Positions 17,457 to 27,997 of a stretch of 56,242 nt of DNA are shown one piece after another. The stretch covers positions 58,979 through 115,220 of the forward strand of contig JBBDRF010000052.1 in NCBI GenBank assembly GCA_040905565.1, written 5' to 3'. The notes beneath the pieces were generated by a model. It did no database searches. It was not told the DNA's origin and saw only the letters and a list, made by a program, of their open reading frames with translations. The position numbers and the translations under genes were made by a program. Source of the DNA: Phycisphaeraceae bacterium. GTDB taxonomy: Bacteria > Planctomycetota > Phycisphaerae > Phycisphaerales > Zrk34. Position 1 is the stretch's first letter. Every line of letters begins with the position of its first letter.

Positions 17457-20400
17457 ATGAGCACGGCTGCTGCGGACTTTGTGCATCTGCACGTCCACTC
17501 GCAATATTCACTGCTCGACGGCGCCTGCCGAACCTCCGATTTGCCACAGCGGGCGAAGGAGCTCGGCCAATCCTCCGTCGCCATCACCGACCACGGCTGC
17601 CTCTTCGGCCTCGTCGATTTCTACAGCCAGTGCGTCAGCGCGGGCGTGAAACCGATCATCGGCATGGAAGCGTACATGGCCCCCGGGGCACGCACCGACC
17701 GCTCCTTCACCGGCACCAAAGACGGCGGCTACCACCTCCTGCTGCTCGCGGAAAACCTCGCCGGCTACCAGAACCTCCTAAAGCTCGCCTCCATCGCCTA
17801 CCTCGAAGGCTTCTACTTCAAGCCCCGCATCGACAAGGAAGTGCTCGCCCGCCACAGCGAAGGCCTCATCGCCACCAGCGCGTGCCTCGGCGGCGAAATC
17901 CCTTCCGCACTCACCGCGGACGATCGCAAGAAAGCCAAACAGATCGCCGAGGTCTACCTCGAGCTGTTCGGCGAGAAGTTCTTCATCGAACTGCAATCGC
18001 ACATCCCCGAGCAGGCGGCGGTGAACCCCGAACTCGTCGATCTCGCCGACACGCTCGGCACGGGCATCGTGGCTACGAACGACGTGCACTTCCTGCTGCC
18101 GGACGATCACGAACCGCACGACGCGCTCTGCTGCATCTCGACGGGCAGGCTCATCAGCGACGAAAGCCGCATGAAGTACCCCACGCAGCTGTACATGAAA
18201 AGTGCAGCCGAGATGCGCGCGTCCGGCCAGGGCCTGCGCCGCTGGGAGGAAGCGTGCGACAACACCAAGCGCATCGCCGACATGTGCAACGTCGATCTCG
18301 ACTTCAACGCCAATCATGCCCCTGTCGTCAAGATCGTCAAAAGCAGCAGCATCACCATCCCCGAGATGCCTGGCAGCAAACAATCCGCCGGGCCGAAGTT
18401 CGAATCCAAGCACCCCGTCGGCTCCACCAACTGGTTTACCGATTACTGCGAAAAGTTCACGCTGCTGCCGTTCGATTCGCACAAGGACACCGAGTCGCAG
18501 GCTGACCTCGAACAGCAGTGCGACGACGCGCTGCGGCTGCTCGTCGAAGCCGGCGCGATCTGGCGCTACGGGCCCGACGGCATCACCGATGAAATCCGCG
18601 CCCGCATCGACCGCGAGCTAAAAGTCCTCTCGGACAAGATGATCAGCGCGTACTTCCTGATGGTGTGGGACTTCGTCAACTACGCCCGCTCCAACGGCAT
18701 CCCCTCCCTCGCGCGTGGGTCCGGCGTCGGCACCATGGTCGGCTACTGCCTCGGCCTCTCCAACGCCTGCCCCGTGAAATACGGCCTGCTCTTCGAACGC
18801 TTCACCGACCCCGACCGTGCTGAATATCCCGATATCGATATTGATATCTGCCAGGACGGCCGATCCGCCGTCATCGACTATGTCCGCCAGAAGTATGGCC
18901 ACGTGGCGCAGATTATTACATTCGGAACCCTGAAGGCTAGGGCGGTGGTGCGGGACGTCGGCCGCGTGATGAACATCCCGCTGCCCGAGGTTGACCGCAT
19001 CGCCAAGGTCGTCCCCGCCGACTTAGGAATGACGCTTCCTAAAGCACTCGAGGTCGAGGCGGAACTTAAGAAAGAATACAACGACAATCCGCAGACCCGC
19101 CGCCTGATTGATATCGGCAAGCGCCTCGAGGGACTAGCTCGGCATGCGTCGGTTCACGCAGCCGGTGTCGTCGTGGCCACGCAGCCGCTGGATAACATCA
19201 TCCCGCTGTACCGCGACAGCAAAAATAAGAATCCCGACAGCGTCGAAGTCATCACCCAGTGGGACGGCCCGACGTGCGAAAAAGTCGGCCTTCTTAAGAT
19301 GGACTTCCTGGGCCTGCGCACGCTCAGCATCATCGAGCGAGCCAAAACACTGGTGCGATCCACGCTCGACAACGAAACGCAACTCAAGACGATCCTCGGC
19401 CGCTACGGCGCCGGCCCCCGCCCCGACGGCCCCCGCGAGTTCAGCCTCACCGGCGACCCGGCCGCACCCCTCCCCACCGAAACCGTCGACGCGCTCGATC
19501 TCGATCGCCTGACCTATGACGACCAGAACGTCCTCGACCTCTTCCGCCGCGGCGAAACGTCAGGCATTTTCCAGTTTGAATCAGGCGGCATGCGCTCGCT
19601 GCTCATGGGCATGCAGCCCGATCGCCTGGAAGACCTCATCGCCGCCAACGCCCTGTTCCGCCCCGGGCCGATGGACCTCATCCCCGATTACAACGATCGC
19701 AAGAACAAGCGCGCCGAGGTGCCTAGCGTTCACCCCGTCGTCGATAAGTTCACCGCCGAAACCTACGGCGTCATGGTCTACCAAGAACAGGTCATGCAGA
19801 TTCTGCATGAACTAGGCGGCATCCCGCTTCGCGAAGCGTACACCATCATTAAAGCGATCAGTAAAAAGAAAGAGAAGATCATCAATGCTGCCCGCGATAA
19901 GTTTATCGCTGGGGCGCAGGAGCAGAACTTAGGTCAGCAGCAGGCTGAGGAACTGTTCGATCTTATCCTCAAGTTCGCCGGCTACGGTTTCAATAAAAGC
20001 CATTCCACCGGCTACGCCATCGTCGCCTATCAGACCGCCTACCTCAAAACCTATTTCCCGGTTCATTACATGGCAGCCTTGCTGACCTTTGAATCGGTCA
20101 GCAGCGAGAAGGTCACTGAATATATAGACCAGTGCCGCCGCGTGCGCTTCCCCGATGGGCATAGTGGGATTGAGGTCCGCCCGCCGGATATTAACTTGTC
20201 CTATCGTGACTTTACCGTGGTGTACGGCCCGGATGAACCGCACGATCCGAACCACGGCCACATCCGATTCGGCCTCGGCGCGGTCAAGGGCGTAGGCGGC
20301 AAGGCGATCGACGCCATCATCGCCGCCCGCGAAAAGGACGGCCCGTACCGAAGCCTGTTCGATTTCTGCGAGCGGGTTTCGCAGGGCGCGGTCAACAAAG

Positions 20401-21422
20401 CCGTCGTCGAAGCGCTGGTGAAGTGCGGTGCCTTCGATTCGCTGCACACCTGTGACAAACGCGCCGCAATGCTGGCGGCCGTCGAACAGGCGATGAGCCG
20501 CGGCGCGCAGGAATCGAAGCTGCGTTCGAGCGACGATTTCCTTTTCGGCGCCGTCGCGTCCGATGAGATCGCCGAGCAGGCGAAGGCCGGGCCGAAGAGC
20601 GACGACGGTGCCACGCTGCCGGACGTCACGCCCTGGGATCCGACCGAAACGCTGAGCCATGAGAAAGCGGTGCTCGGCTTCTACGTCTCCAGCCATCCGC
20701 TCGATCGTTATCGCAAGGCGGTCGAACGCTTCAGCAATGCCTCCACGGCCGACGCTCAGCGGCTGCGCGAGGGCACGGAGGTCATCCTCGGCGGCATGCT
20801 CACGCGGGTGCGACAAACGCTGGTGAAGAACGGCCGCAGTGCCGGGCAGAAGATGGCGATGATCACGCTGGAGGACCAGACCGGCCCGATGGACGGCGTG
20901 ATCTTCTCCGACGCTTTCGCCCGCCACGCTCACCTGCTTCACGCCGAGGCGATCGTCTTCGTCAAGGGCCGTATCGATCGGCGTCGTGACGAGCCCAGCG
21001 TTGTCGTCGATGAAGTGATCCCCATCGACGAAGGGCCCACGCAGTTGACCAAAGCCGTGCGGGTGATCGTGCGTGATCGTGACGAGGTCGGCCAACCGCG
21101 AACGTGGAACGGCGAGCTCGCGTCGCTCCGCACCATGCTGCGTCAGCGCCCCGGCCCGGCCCCCGTCTACTTCGAAGTTCACGAGCAGGACAAAGTCGTC
21201 ATCATGCAGTCCGACCGCTGCAAGGTACAGCCGGACGCCAGGCTGGCTGAGCAGATCAACGCCATCATGCACGACCCCACCTGCTGCGAACTCATCGGCC
21301 CCACCCGGCTGGTCAAGGCCAAGCCCGACGCCATGCTCGCCGAGGATGACGACGTCGTCGTCAACCGCCTCCGCCGCCAGACCGCCGACGACGAACACTG
21401 CGATTCGATCGATCGGTATTGA
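17457..21422 (+). CDS. dnaE: DNA polymerase III alpha subunit
   Basis: PHP domain HLHVHSQYSLLDG; RGSG, FERF, PDIDID, KMDFLGL and YGFNKSH motifs; C-terminal OB fold. Confidence 0.98.
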   Translation: MSTAAADFVHLHVHSQYSLLDGACRTSDLPQRAKELGQSSVAITDHGCLFGLVDFYSQCVSAGVKPIIGMEAYMAPGARTDRSFTGTKDGGYHLLLLAENLAGYQNLLKLASIAYLEGFYFKPRIDKEVLARHSEGLIATSACLGGEIPSALTADDRKKAKQIAEVYLELFGEKFFIELQSHIPEQAAVNPELVDLADTLGTGIVATNDVHFLLPDDHEPHDALCCISTGRLISDESRMKYPTQLYMKSAAEMRASGQGLRRWEEACDNTKRIADMCNVDLDFNANHAPVVKIVKSSSITIPEMPGSKQSAGPKFESKHPVGSTNWFTDYCEKFTLLPFDSHKDTESQADLEQQCDDALRLLVEAGAIWRYGPDGITDEIRARIDRELKVLSDKMISAYFLMVWDFVNYARSNGIPSLARGSGVGTMVGYCLGLSNACPVKYGLLFERFTDPDRAEYPDIDIDICQDGRSAVIDYVRQKYGHVAQIITFGTLKARAVVRDVGRVMNIPLPEVDRIAKVVPADLGMTLPKALEVEAELKKEYNDNPQTRRLIDIGKRLEGLARHASVHAAGVVVATQPLDNIIPLYRDSKNKNPDSVEVITQWDGPTCEKVGLLKMDFLGLRTLSIIERAKTLVRSTLDNETQLKTILGRYGAGPRPDGPREFSLTGDPAAPLPTETVDALDLDRLTYDDQNVLDLFRRGETSGIFQFESGGMRSLLMGMQPDRLEDLIAANALFRPGPMDLIPDYNDRKNKRAEVPSVHPVVDKFTAETYGVMVYQEQVMQILHELGGIPLREAYTIIKAISKKKEKIINAARDKFIAGAQEQNLGQQQAEELFDLILKFAGYGFNKSHSTGYAIVAYQTAYLKTYFPVHYMAALLTFESVSSEKVTEYIDQCRRVRFPDGHSGIEVRPPDINLSYRDFTVVYGPDEPHDPNHGHIRFGLGAVKGVGGKAIDAIIAAREKDGPYRSLFDFCERVSQGAVNKAVVEALVKCGAFDSLHTCDKRAAMLAAVEQAMSRGAQESKLRSSDDFLFGAVASDEIAEQAKAGPKSDDGATLPDVTPWDPTETLSHEKAVLGFYVSSHPLDRYRKAVERFSNASTADAQRLREGTEVILGGMLTRVRQTLVKNGRSAGQKMAMITLEDQTGPMDGVIFSDAFARHAHLLHAEAIVFVKGRIDRRRDEPSVVVDEVIPIDEGPTQLTKAVRVIVRDRDEVGQPRTWNGELASLRTMLRQRPGPAPVYFEVHEQDKVVIMQSDRCKVQPDARLAEQINAIMHDPTCCELIGPTRLVKAKPDAMLAEDDDVVVNRLRRQTADDEHCDSIDRY

Positions 21423-21455
21423 GCGCGAACACGACTTGGCTGGTATCCTTCCCCC

Positions 21456-22112
21456 ATGATCTGCAAAATTGAAGGTTTGTTGGAGACGATGGGTGAGGGC
21501 TCAGCCCGGGTGCGGGTTGAGGGTGGGCTCACTTACGAGGTGCTGCTGCCCGCGTTCGCAGCCGCCAGGCTCGGCGGGTCGCTCGACCAGGTCGTCACGC
21601 TCTACACGGTGCACTACCTCGAAGGTTCCGCCCAGGGCAATTCATTCGTGCCCAGGCTTGCGGGCTTCATCGCTGAGGTCGACCGTGATTTTTATCAGCT
21701 GATGACCAGCGTCAAAGGCATCGGCCCTCGCAAGGCCCTCCGGGCGATGTCGCTGCCGCCGGCGCAGATCGCCTCGGCCATTGCCGACCGTGATGTGAAG
21801 ACGCTGCAAAGCCTGCCCGAGATCGGCAAGCGCATGGCGGAGACGATCGTCGCCACGCTGCACGGCCGCGTCGATAAATTGCTCGACGGTGCCGCCGCCG
21901 CCCGCAGCCAGAGCACGCCCGGCCAACCCGAAGCCGTCGGCGCAGGCAGCAGCAGTTCGCCCTCCCGCGCGGCGCTGGAAATCCTGCTGCAACTCGGCGA
22001 GAACCGAAGCCAGGCTGTGCAGTGGATCGACCAGATCCTCATCAAACGCCCTGAACTGGACGATCCGCAGGAGCTGATCACGGAAGTGTTCCGCCTGAAA
22101 TCGAGTTTGTAA
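21456..22112 (+). CDS. ruvA: Holliday junction branch migration protein
   Basis: OB fold; HhH motifs VKGIGPRKA and LPEIGKRMAE; C-terminal ALEILLQLG. Confidence 0.93.
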   Translation: MICKIEGLLETMGEGSARVRVEGGLTYEVLLPAFAAARLGGSLDQVVTLYTVHYLEGSAQGNSFVPRLAGFIAEVDRDFYQLMTSVKGIGPRKALRAMSLPPAQIASAIADRDVKTLQSLPEIGKRMAETIVATLHGRVDKLLDGAAAARSQSTPGQPEAVGAGSSSSPSRAALEILLQLGENRSQAVQWIDQILIKRPELDDPQELITEVFRLKSSL

Positions 22113-22129
22113 ATTCAAACGCCGACAAC

Positions 22130-22273
22130 GAGCCGCGACCGTGAGGGAGCGGTCACGCGTTCAACTTTATCGCGTACGAAGACAGCAGCCAGGCTTGACG
22201 CAGGCACGCACATCATCCATCGACGGGCCGTCATCATCGCCGTGACATAACCGCTTACTCACGTGCGCGGCTC
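22130..22273. repeat. REP doublet, GAGCCGCG family, copy B
   Basis: GAGCCGCGACCGTGAGGGAGCGGT at 22130-22153; inverted unit at 22250-22273. Confidence 0.9.
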
Positions 22274-22293
22274 GTTTAGAGAAAGCCCGAGGT

Positions 22294-23289
22294 TCACCAG
22301 ATATCCAACTCGCCAACGATCGGTTCGACGAGATCTTTGACCGTCACGATGCCGATCGGCCTTTCGCGCTTCGTCACGATCGCCAGTGAAACACGTTGGT
22401 TCTGCAATTCCAAAAGCGCGTGGCGAAGTGACATGTCCGGCGGCACCGACACCGTCGGCCCCGCAAACTTCGCAGGCGGCGGGGCGGCCTCCGCACCTTC
22501 TCGCAGCACATCTTCCACATGCACCACGCCCACGACCAGCCCCCGCTCATCCAGCAACGGCATCCGCGTGTGGGGCACCCGATTCGCGATCTGCCAGACC
22601 TGCTCCGTCGTGTTCGTCGTCCGCAGGGTGTTCACCCGGTGCCAGGGCATCATCACGTCCGCCACGCTCAGACTGCCCATCTCCAGCACGCGTTCGATCA
22701 TGTCCGACTGATACGGACTGATCACGCCCTGCCCCACGCCCTCGCGCATCAACTGCGTCACCACCCGCCGCGGGTGCAGCATACTCATCGGCACATCCTT
22801 GGCCTTGAAGCCACGCCGAATCGCATAAGACGCCAGCCTCAGCAGGGGCAGAATGCCTGTGATCGTCAGCAGCCGCTGCGTCCAGTGCAGCGTGCCGGCG
22901 AAGTAGTACGTCAGGCGATCGGTGTGCGATCGGAACAAATCCTTGGGCAGCACCTCGCCGAAAATGAAAAGCATCGGCGTCAGGATCGCTGCGTTGATCG
23001 CCACCTGCGCCCAGCCCAGATAGCCCGCCCCTTCCAGCAGTGCCGCGATGGACAGCGTGGCCAGGTAGTTGAAAACATTGTTGGAGACCAGCAGCGTGCT
23101 GAGCAGTGAGTTCGGGTCGCCCAGCAGCCGTTCAAGCGTGACCGCATCGGCGCGGGGGATGTGCGCCAGCACGTGCAGGCGGATGCGGTTGAGCGTGTAG
23201 ACGCCCGTTTCGAGCCCCGAGCAGAGTGCCGACCCGCCCAGCCCGATGAGGCCCACCAGTGCCCACAAAATCGCCTGGGTGATGCTCAT
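22294..23289 (-). CDS. CNNM (DUF21)-CBS domain protein
   Basis: SGLETG, TLLVSNN and FGEVLPK motifs plus a CBS pair; ATGA overlap with the upstream gene. Confidence 0.88.
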   Translation of the reverse strand: MSITQAILWALVGLIGLGGSALCSGLETGVYTLNRIRLHVLAHIPRADAVTLERLLGDPNSLLSTLLVSNNVFNYLATLSIAALLEGAGYLGWAQVAINAAILTPMLFIFGEVLPKDLFRSHTDRLTYYFAGTLHWTQRLLTITGILPLLRLASYAIRRGFKAKDVPMSMLHPRRVVTQLMREGVGQGVISPYQSDMIERVLEMGSLSVADVMMPWHRVNTLRTTNTTEQVWQIANRVPHTRMPLLDERGLVVGVVHVEDVLREGAEAAPPPAKFAGPTVSVPPDMSLRHALLELQNQRVSLAIVTKRERPIGIVTVKDLVEPIVGELDIW

Positions 23290-24599
23290 GATCGCCCTCG
23301 CTTTCTGCGGTCGGCTGGCTGATGGTAGGGCATCAGGTGAAGCAGGACCGATTCGACCCGCCCGCCGTCGACGCGTTCGACCTCCAGCTCCAGGTTCGCC
23401 AGCCGCACCTTGTCGCCCGCCGCCGGGACGTGCCCCAGCAGGGTCATGACCAGCCCGCCGACTGTCGACACACGTGGCGGCAGCGAGAGGTGCCCGAACG
23501 CTTCCACCCAGTCGTGCACGCTCAGCCGGCCGGACACCCGCCACGTGCTTTCGTTGAGTTGCTCGGTTTCGAGTTGGGGCGTCTCGCCGGGCATGGGCTC
23601 GAGATCGAGGTCGCCGACCATCTGTTCCACGACATCCTTCAGCGTCACCAGCCCCGCCGTGCCGCCGTACTCGTCGACCACGATGGCGATGTGCGTGCCG
23701 GTCTTTCGGAAGTTCGCCAGCAGCTGATCGACGCGCCCGATCTCCGGCACAAATCGCACCTGCCGCACCAGCGTGGCCAGGTCGATCCGCGGATCGATGC
23801 GGGCCGCCAGCAGAAACTGCCGGGCGTAGATGATGCCCTCGGCGTGGTCGAGATCGCCGTCGCAGGCGACGTACTTGGTGAGCTGCGTGCGGTTGATCAG
23901 TTCGCGGAAATCGTCAGCCGAGGCGTGGATGTCGACCGACTGAATATCGACACGCGGAATCATGATGTCGCGCACCTTCAATTCGCCAAGGTGCAGCACT
24001 TCCCGCAACAGCTGTTGTTCGTCGGCCCCGATCACGCCTCGCCGCCGACTCATCTCCAGCATCGTTTCGAGGGCGTCATTGCTGATCTCGCCCGGCCGAT
24101 CCGGCGGCCCCACCAGCCTCCCCAGAGGCTGAATCACCCATCGGCTGATTATCGCGCCCAGCGGGCTGATCGCGCGATGAATGGCGTAAAGCGGAAGCGT
24201 CGTCGCCGTCACCCAAGGCACCCTCGCCGTGTTCGCCACCAGCTTCGGCAGCACCTCCCCAAAGATAATAATGCCGATCAACGGCGTCACCGAGGCTACC
24301 GCCACCGTCATCCGCCCCACTTCCTGCGGATCAAGCTGCAACACCAACGCCGCACTGATCACGAAGTACAGCACGTTCATGATCATGTTGCCAAGCATGA
24401 CCGTAATCAGCAGCCGACGCTGATCGTGCAGCAGCGCTGTGACGAACGGCCCGACGAACCGCGACCGCTGAATCAACTGAAACCGCTGATGAGCCGTGAG
24501 CCCGAACAACGCCGTCTCCGACCCACTGAAGAACCCCGACCCGATCATCAGCAGCGGCAACGCAAGTAGAAATGGTAAGTCAGCAAGACCATAAGGCAT
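23286..24599 (-). CDS. Hemolysin/CorB-like CNNM-CBS-CorC protein
   Basis: FFSGSETAL, FGEVLPK, MIPRVD and VVDEYGGTAGLVT motifs; CorC/HlyC C-terminal domain. Confidence 0.92.
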   Translation of the reverse strand: MPYGLADLPFLLALPLLMIGSGFFSGSETALFGLTAHQRFQLIQRSRFVGPFVTALLHDQRRLLITVMLGNMIMNVLYFVISAALVLQLDPQEVGRMTVAVASVTPLIGIIIFGEVLPKLVANTARVPWVTATTLPLYAIHRAISPLGAIISRWVIQPLGRLVGPPDRPGEISNDALETMLEMSRRRGVIGADEQQLLREVLHLGELKVRDIMIPRVDIQSVDIHASADDFRELINRTQLTKYVACDGDLDHAEGIIYARQFLLAARIDPRIDLATLVRQVRFVPEIGRVDQLLANFRKTGTHIAIVVDEYGGTAGLVTLKDVVEQMVGDLDLEPMPGETPQLETEQLNESTWRVSGRLSVHDWVEAFGHLSLPPRVSTVGGLVMTLLGHVPAAGDKVRLANLELEVERVDGGRVESVLLHLMPYHQPADRRKRGRS

Positions 24600-24717
24600 G
24601 ATCCCCGCAGTTTAGCGGAGATGCCCGACCCGCGCGCAACCCTCGCGACTGGCGCAACAAACCCTCCGACGTTACACTGCCGATCTGCTGAGAGAAATTT
24701 CATCACGGGAACATGCC

Positions 24718-25500
24718 ATGACCGATTCGCAACCTGCCAAAATCAGCCCTGCCGACTATGCCGCCACGCGAGGCCTGCGTGGTCAGCGTCTCATCCTCGA
24801 CGGCGAAGCCCTGCTCGACCGTATCGCGATGGATCTGTACAACACCGCCCGCGATCGCGTCGCCGAGGCCGGCGTCTTCCACCTCGCCCTCTCAGGCGGC
24901 CGCACGCCCAAGGCGCTGTTTCAGCACCTGATGATCGACCCGAACTATCGGCTGCTGCCGTGGGATCGCACCCATGTCTGGATCGTCGACGAACGCTGCG
25001 TTCAGCCCGACGACGACCGCCTGAACTACAACATGATCCGCGAAATGCTGATCGATCCCAGCGGCATGCCCGATCCCAACGTTCATCCGATGCCCGTCCT
25101 TGATGAAGCCGGCGACCGCGCATACGAGCAGGCGCTGCGGGAAGCCCTGTCGCAACCGAACGTCGACGATCGCCTCGACTTTGTCGTGCTGGGCATGGGG
25201 GCTGACGGTCATACCGCTTCGCTGTTCCCGCAGACGCCGGGGCTGCATGAGCGTGAACGCTGGGTGATTTTCAACGACGGCGAAACCGTTGCCGAGCCTC
25301 GGCCGCGGATGACGATGACGTATCCGCTCATCAACGCCGCCCGCCACATCGCCCTGCTGGTCACCGGCGAAAGCAAGCGTGACACACTTCGGCACGTGGC
25401 CGCGCAGCCGGACGATTTCGAGCAGTACCCCGTCACCGGCATCCGCCCCGCGGAGGACGGCAAACTCACCTGGTACCTCGACCGCGCCGCCGCCATCTGA
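24718..25500 (+). CDS. pgl: 6-phosphogluconolactonase
   Basis: LSGGRTP, DERCV, GMGADGHTASLFP and RMTMT motifs. Confidence 0.95.
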   Translation: MTDSQPAKISPADYAATRGLRGQRLILDGEALLDRIAMDLYNTARDRVAEAGVFHLALSGGRTPKALFQHLMIDPNYRLLPWDRTHVWIVDERCVQPDDDRLNYNMIREMLIDPSGMPDPNVHPMPVLDEAGDRAYEQALREALSQPNVDDRLDFVVLGMGADGHTASLFPQTPGLHERERWVIFNDGETVAEPRPRMTMTYPLINAARHIALLVTGESKRDTLRHVAAQPDDFEQYPVTGIRPAEDGKLTWYLDRAAAI

Positions 25501-25573
25501 TCCCGCCGCGCGTGCACAGGAGTGTGCGACAGATTGTGGGCAGCGCAAGTCGACGAGGCGCGCCGCTGGCAAC

Positions 25574-25741
25574 GAGCCGCGCACGTCAGTAAGCGGTTGT
25601 GCGTTCGGTCGCGACGCATTGTGATGACGCGTAGCAGCCTCACGAGCACTGCGGACAAAGTTTACCGGTAGCGCGGCATTTCAGTCTCCCCCACGCCTTC
25701 ACAAGTGTTGGACCCCAACCGCTCCCTGACGGTCGCGGCTC
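25574..25741. repeat. REP doublet, GAGCCGCG family, copy C
   Basis: Units at 25574-25597 and inverted 25718-25741. Confidence 0.9.
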
Positions 25742-25829
25742 GTTTTCCGGCCTGTGCCCACAGTCTGTCGCACACCCGTGCTCAACCCCAAACTACCCCT
25801 AGCCCCGTCCCCCTTGTTATCATGCCCCC

Positions 25830-27758
25830 ATGGTCACGCTGCTAATTGCTATTGGTGCTGCGGTCGGCTACATCATCGCCTACCACACGTACGGCCGATG
25901 GCTTTCGCGAAAGCTCTTCGGCCTCGATCCGCACGCCCCCGTCCCCAGCGTCGCCCTCAACGACGACCGCGACTACGTCCCCACCGCACGCAGCATCGTC
26001 TTCGGCCACCACTTCACCTCCATCGCCGGCACCGGACCGATCGTCGGCCCCGCCATCGCCGTCATCTGGGGCTGGCTCCCCGCACTGCTCTGGGTGCTCT
26101 TCGGGTCCATCCTGATCGGTGCCGTCCACGACCTCGGCTCGCTCGTCGTCAGTCTCCGCAATCACGGCCAGACCGTCGGCGACATCGCCGGCCGCGTGCT
26201 CAACAAACGCGTCCGCCTGCTGTTTCTGCTCGTGCTGTTCATGGCACTGACGATCATCCTCGCGATCTTCGGCCTCGTCATCGCCGTCGTCTTCCGCACC
26301 TTCCCAGCCGCCATTTTCCCCTGCCTCGTGCAGATCCCCCTCGCCATCGCGATCGGCCTCTACCTTCACCGCAGGGGCGCGAACCTGCTGCTGCCTTCGA
26401 TCGCTGCCCTCGCGCTGATGTACCTCGCCGTGATCTTCGGCGACACCGGCCCGCTCGGCGCCTTCAACGCCGCCCTCGCTGAGCTGCCCATGCTCGTCTG
26501 GGTCGTCCTGCTGCTGGCGTATTCGTTCGTCGCTTCGGTGCTGCCGGTGTGGACGCTGCTGCAGCCGCGCGATTACATCAACTCCCTGCAACTGCTCACG
26601 TCCCTCGCCCTCATCATGGTTGGCCTCACCGCCGCCGCACTCTTCGGCGGAGCCGCTCCCGCAGCAGGCGTGGCCGGGCAGTCGCTCGAGATCGTCGCCC
26701 CAGCCGTGCGGTGGAACCCCGAAGGTGCTCCGCTGATGATGCCCTTCCTTTTCATCACCATCGCCTGCGGCGCGATCAGCGGCTTCCACTGCCTCGTCAG
26801 CTCCGGCACATCCAGCAAGCAGCTCAAAACCGAAACCGACGCCCAGTTCGTCGGCTACGGCTCCATGCTTACCGAAGGCTTCCTCGCTGTGCTGGTCATC
26901 CTCGCCTGCGTCGCCGGCATCGGCCTGGGCATCACCGGTGCCGACGGGGCGATCCTCACCGGCACCGCGGCTTACGAAGCGCGCTACGCCACCTGGGCCG
27001 GCGCTTCGGGACTCGGGCCGACCGTCGCTGCATTCGTCGACGGCGCGGGCAACTTCCTCGCCGCCATCGGCATCTCCGTCACCATCGCCACGGCACTGAT
27101 GGGCGTGCTGGTCGCCTCCTTTGCCGCGACCACGCTCGATACCGCCTGCCGGCTTCAGCGGTACGTCATCCAGGAACTCGCCGCCACGTTTGCTCCCAAA
27201 GTTTCGCCCACCGCCGACGCAGCCGAGGGGTACGATCACACCTTCGAAACCGGTCTGCACGAAGGCGGCCACCCCCGCGCGAATCCGCTCTACTGGCTGA
27301 CCAACAAGTACGCCGCTACGCTCGTCGCCGTGGTGCTGGCCGGGGCTGTGGCCGCGATGCCCGGGCCGGGTCAGCCGTGGGCATGGGCGAACCTGGGCAC
27401 GGGCGGGCTCATCCTCTGGCCCATGTTCGGCGCGACCAACCAGCTGCTCGCCGGCCTCGCGTTCCTGGTCATCTGCTTCTGGCTCTGGCGTCGCAAGCTG
27501 CCCGTCTGGTTCGTCGTCCTGCCGATGATCTTCATGCTCATCATGCCCGCCTGGGCGATGACGTCGCAGCTGCTGGATTGGCTGAACGAGGACACGCTTA
27601 ACTGGCCGCTCATCATCATGGCCATCGCCACGCTGGCGCTCGAAGTCTGGATGATTGTCGAAGCGCTCATCCTCTGGCCCCGCGCCAAAGGCGTCCTCGA
27701 ACACGCCTTGCCCCCGCTGGAGCAACCGCTCTCCTCCACCGGGGAAGAGATTGGGTGA
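25830..27758 (+). CDS. cstA: Carbon starvation protein A family transporter
   Basis: FGHHFTSIAGTGPIVGP, LLQPRDYIN, ACGAISGFH and WPMFGATNQLL motifs. Confidence 0.96.
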   Translation: MVTLLIAIGAAVGYIIAYHTYGRWLSRKLFGLDPHAPVPSVALNDDRDYVPTARSIVFGHHFTSIAGTGPIVGPAIAVIWGWLPALLWVLFGSILIGAVHDLGSLVVSLRNHGQTVGDIAGRVLNKRVRLLFLLVLFMALTIILAIFGLVIAVVFRTFPAAIFPCLVQIPLAIAIGLYLHRRGANLLLPSIAALALMYLAVIFGDTGPLGAFNAALAELPMLVWVVLLLAYSFVASVLPVWTLLQPRDYINSLQLLTSLALIMVGLTAAALFGGAAPAAGVAGQSLEIVAPAVRWNPEGAPLMMPFLFITIACGAISGFHCLVSSGTSSKQLKTETDAQFVGYGSMLTEGFLAVLVILACVAGIGLGITGADGAILTGTAAYEARYATWAGASGLGPTVAAFVDGAGNFLAAIGISVTIATALMGVLVASFAATTLDTACRLQRYVIQELAATFAPKVSPTADAAEGYDHTFETGLHEGGHPRANPLYWLTNKYAATLVAVVLAGAVAAMPGPGQPWAWANLGTGGLILWPMFGATNQLLAGLAFLVICFWLWRRKLPVWFVVLPMIFMLIMPAWAMTSQLLDWLNEDTLNWPLIIMAIATLALEVWMIVEALILWPRAKGVLEHALPPLEQPLSSTGEEIG

Positions 27759-27785
27759 GACGGTCCGGGGCGCGCCGTTGACAAC

Positions 27786-27915
27786 GAGCCGCGCACGTGA
27801 GTAAGCGGTTGTGGTTCCGGCCTCAACGCGCCGTAGCGACCAGTCGCGCGTTCTCGCCAAATTGGGCGGGAGCGCGAAGCCCCTGGCCCCAACCGCTCCT
27901 TCACGGTCGCGGCTC
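27786..27915. repeat. REP doublet, GAGCCGCG family, copy D
   Basis: Units at 27786-27809 and inverted 27892-27915. Confidence 0.9.
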
Positions 27916-27997
27916 GTATGCAAGCTCCGGCCCCCCGCAGCCGCCTACACTGAGTGAGTAAACCAGGGGACACGCGTCCAGCTATCGGGGGAATGCT

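Noticed and set aside
19929..21398. Long antisense ORFs over dnaE, and similarly 23322-24569, 25842-27923, 28502-29644, 35291-36649 and 41900-43135
   Set aside because: Each overlaps a well-supported gene on the opposite strand; expected shadows at high GC
17457..21422. Intein in DnaE
   Set aside because: No C/S...HN splice junctions or homing endonuclease motifs; inserts are short
6627..27915. CRISPR array
   Set aside because: Repeats are inverted pairs scattered over many kb, not direct repeats with regular spacers; no cas genes
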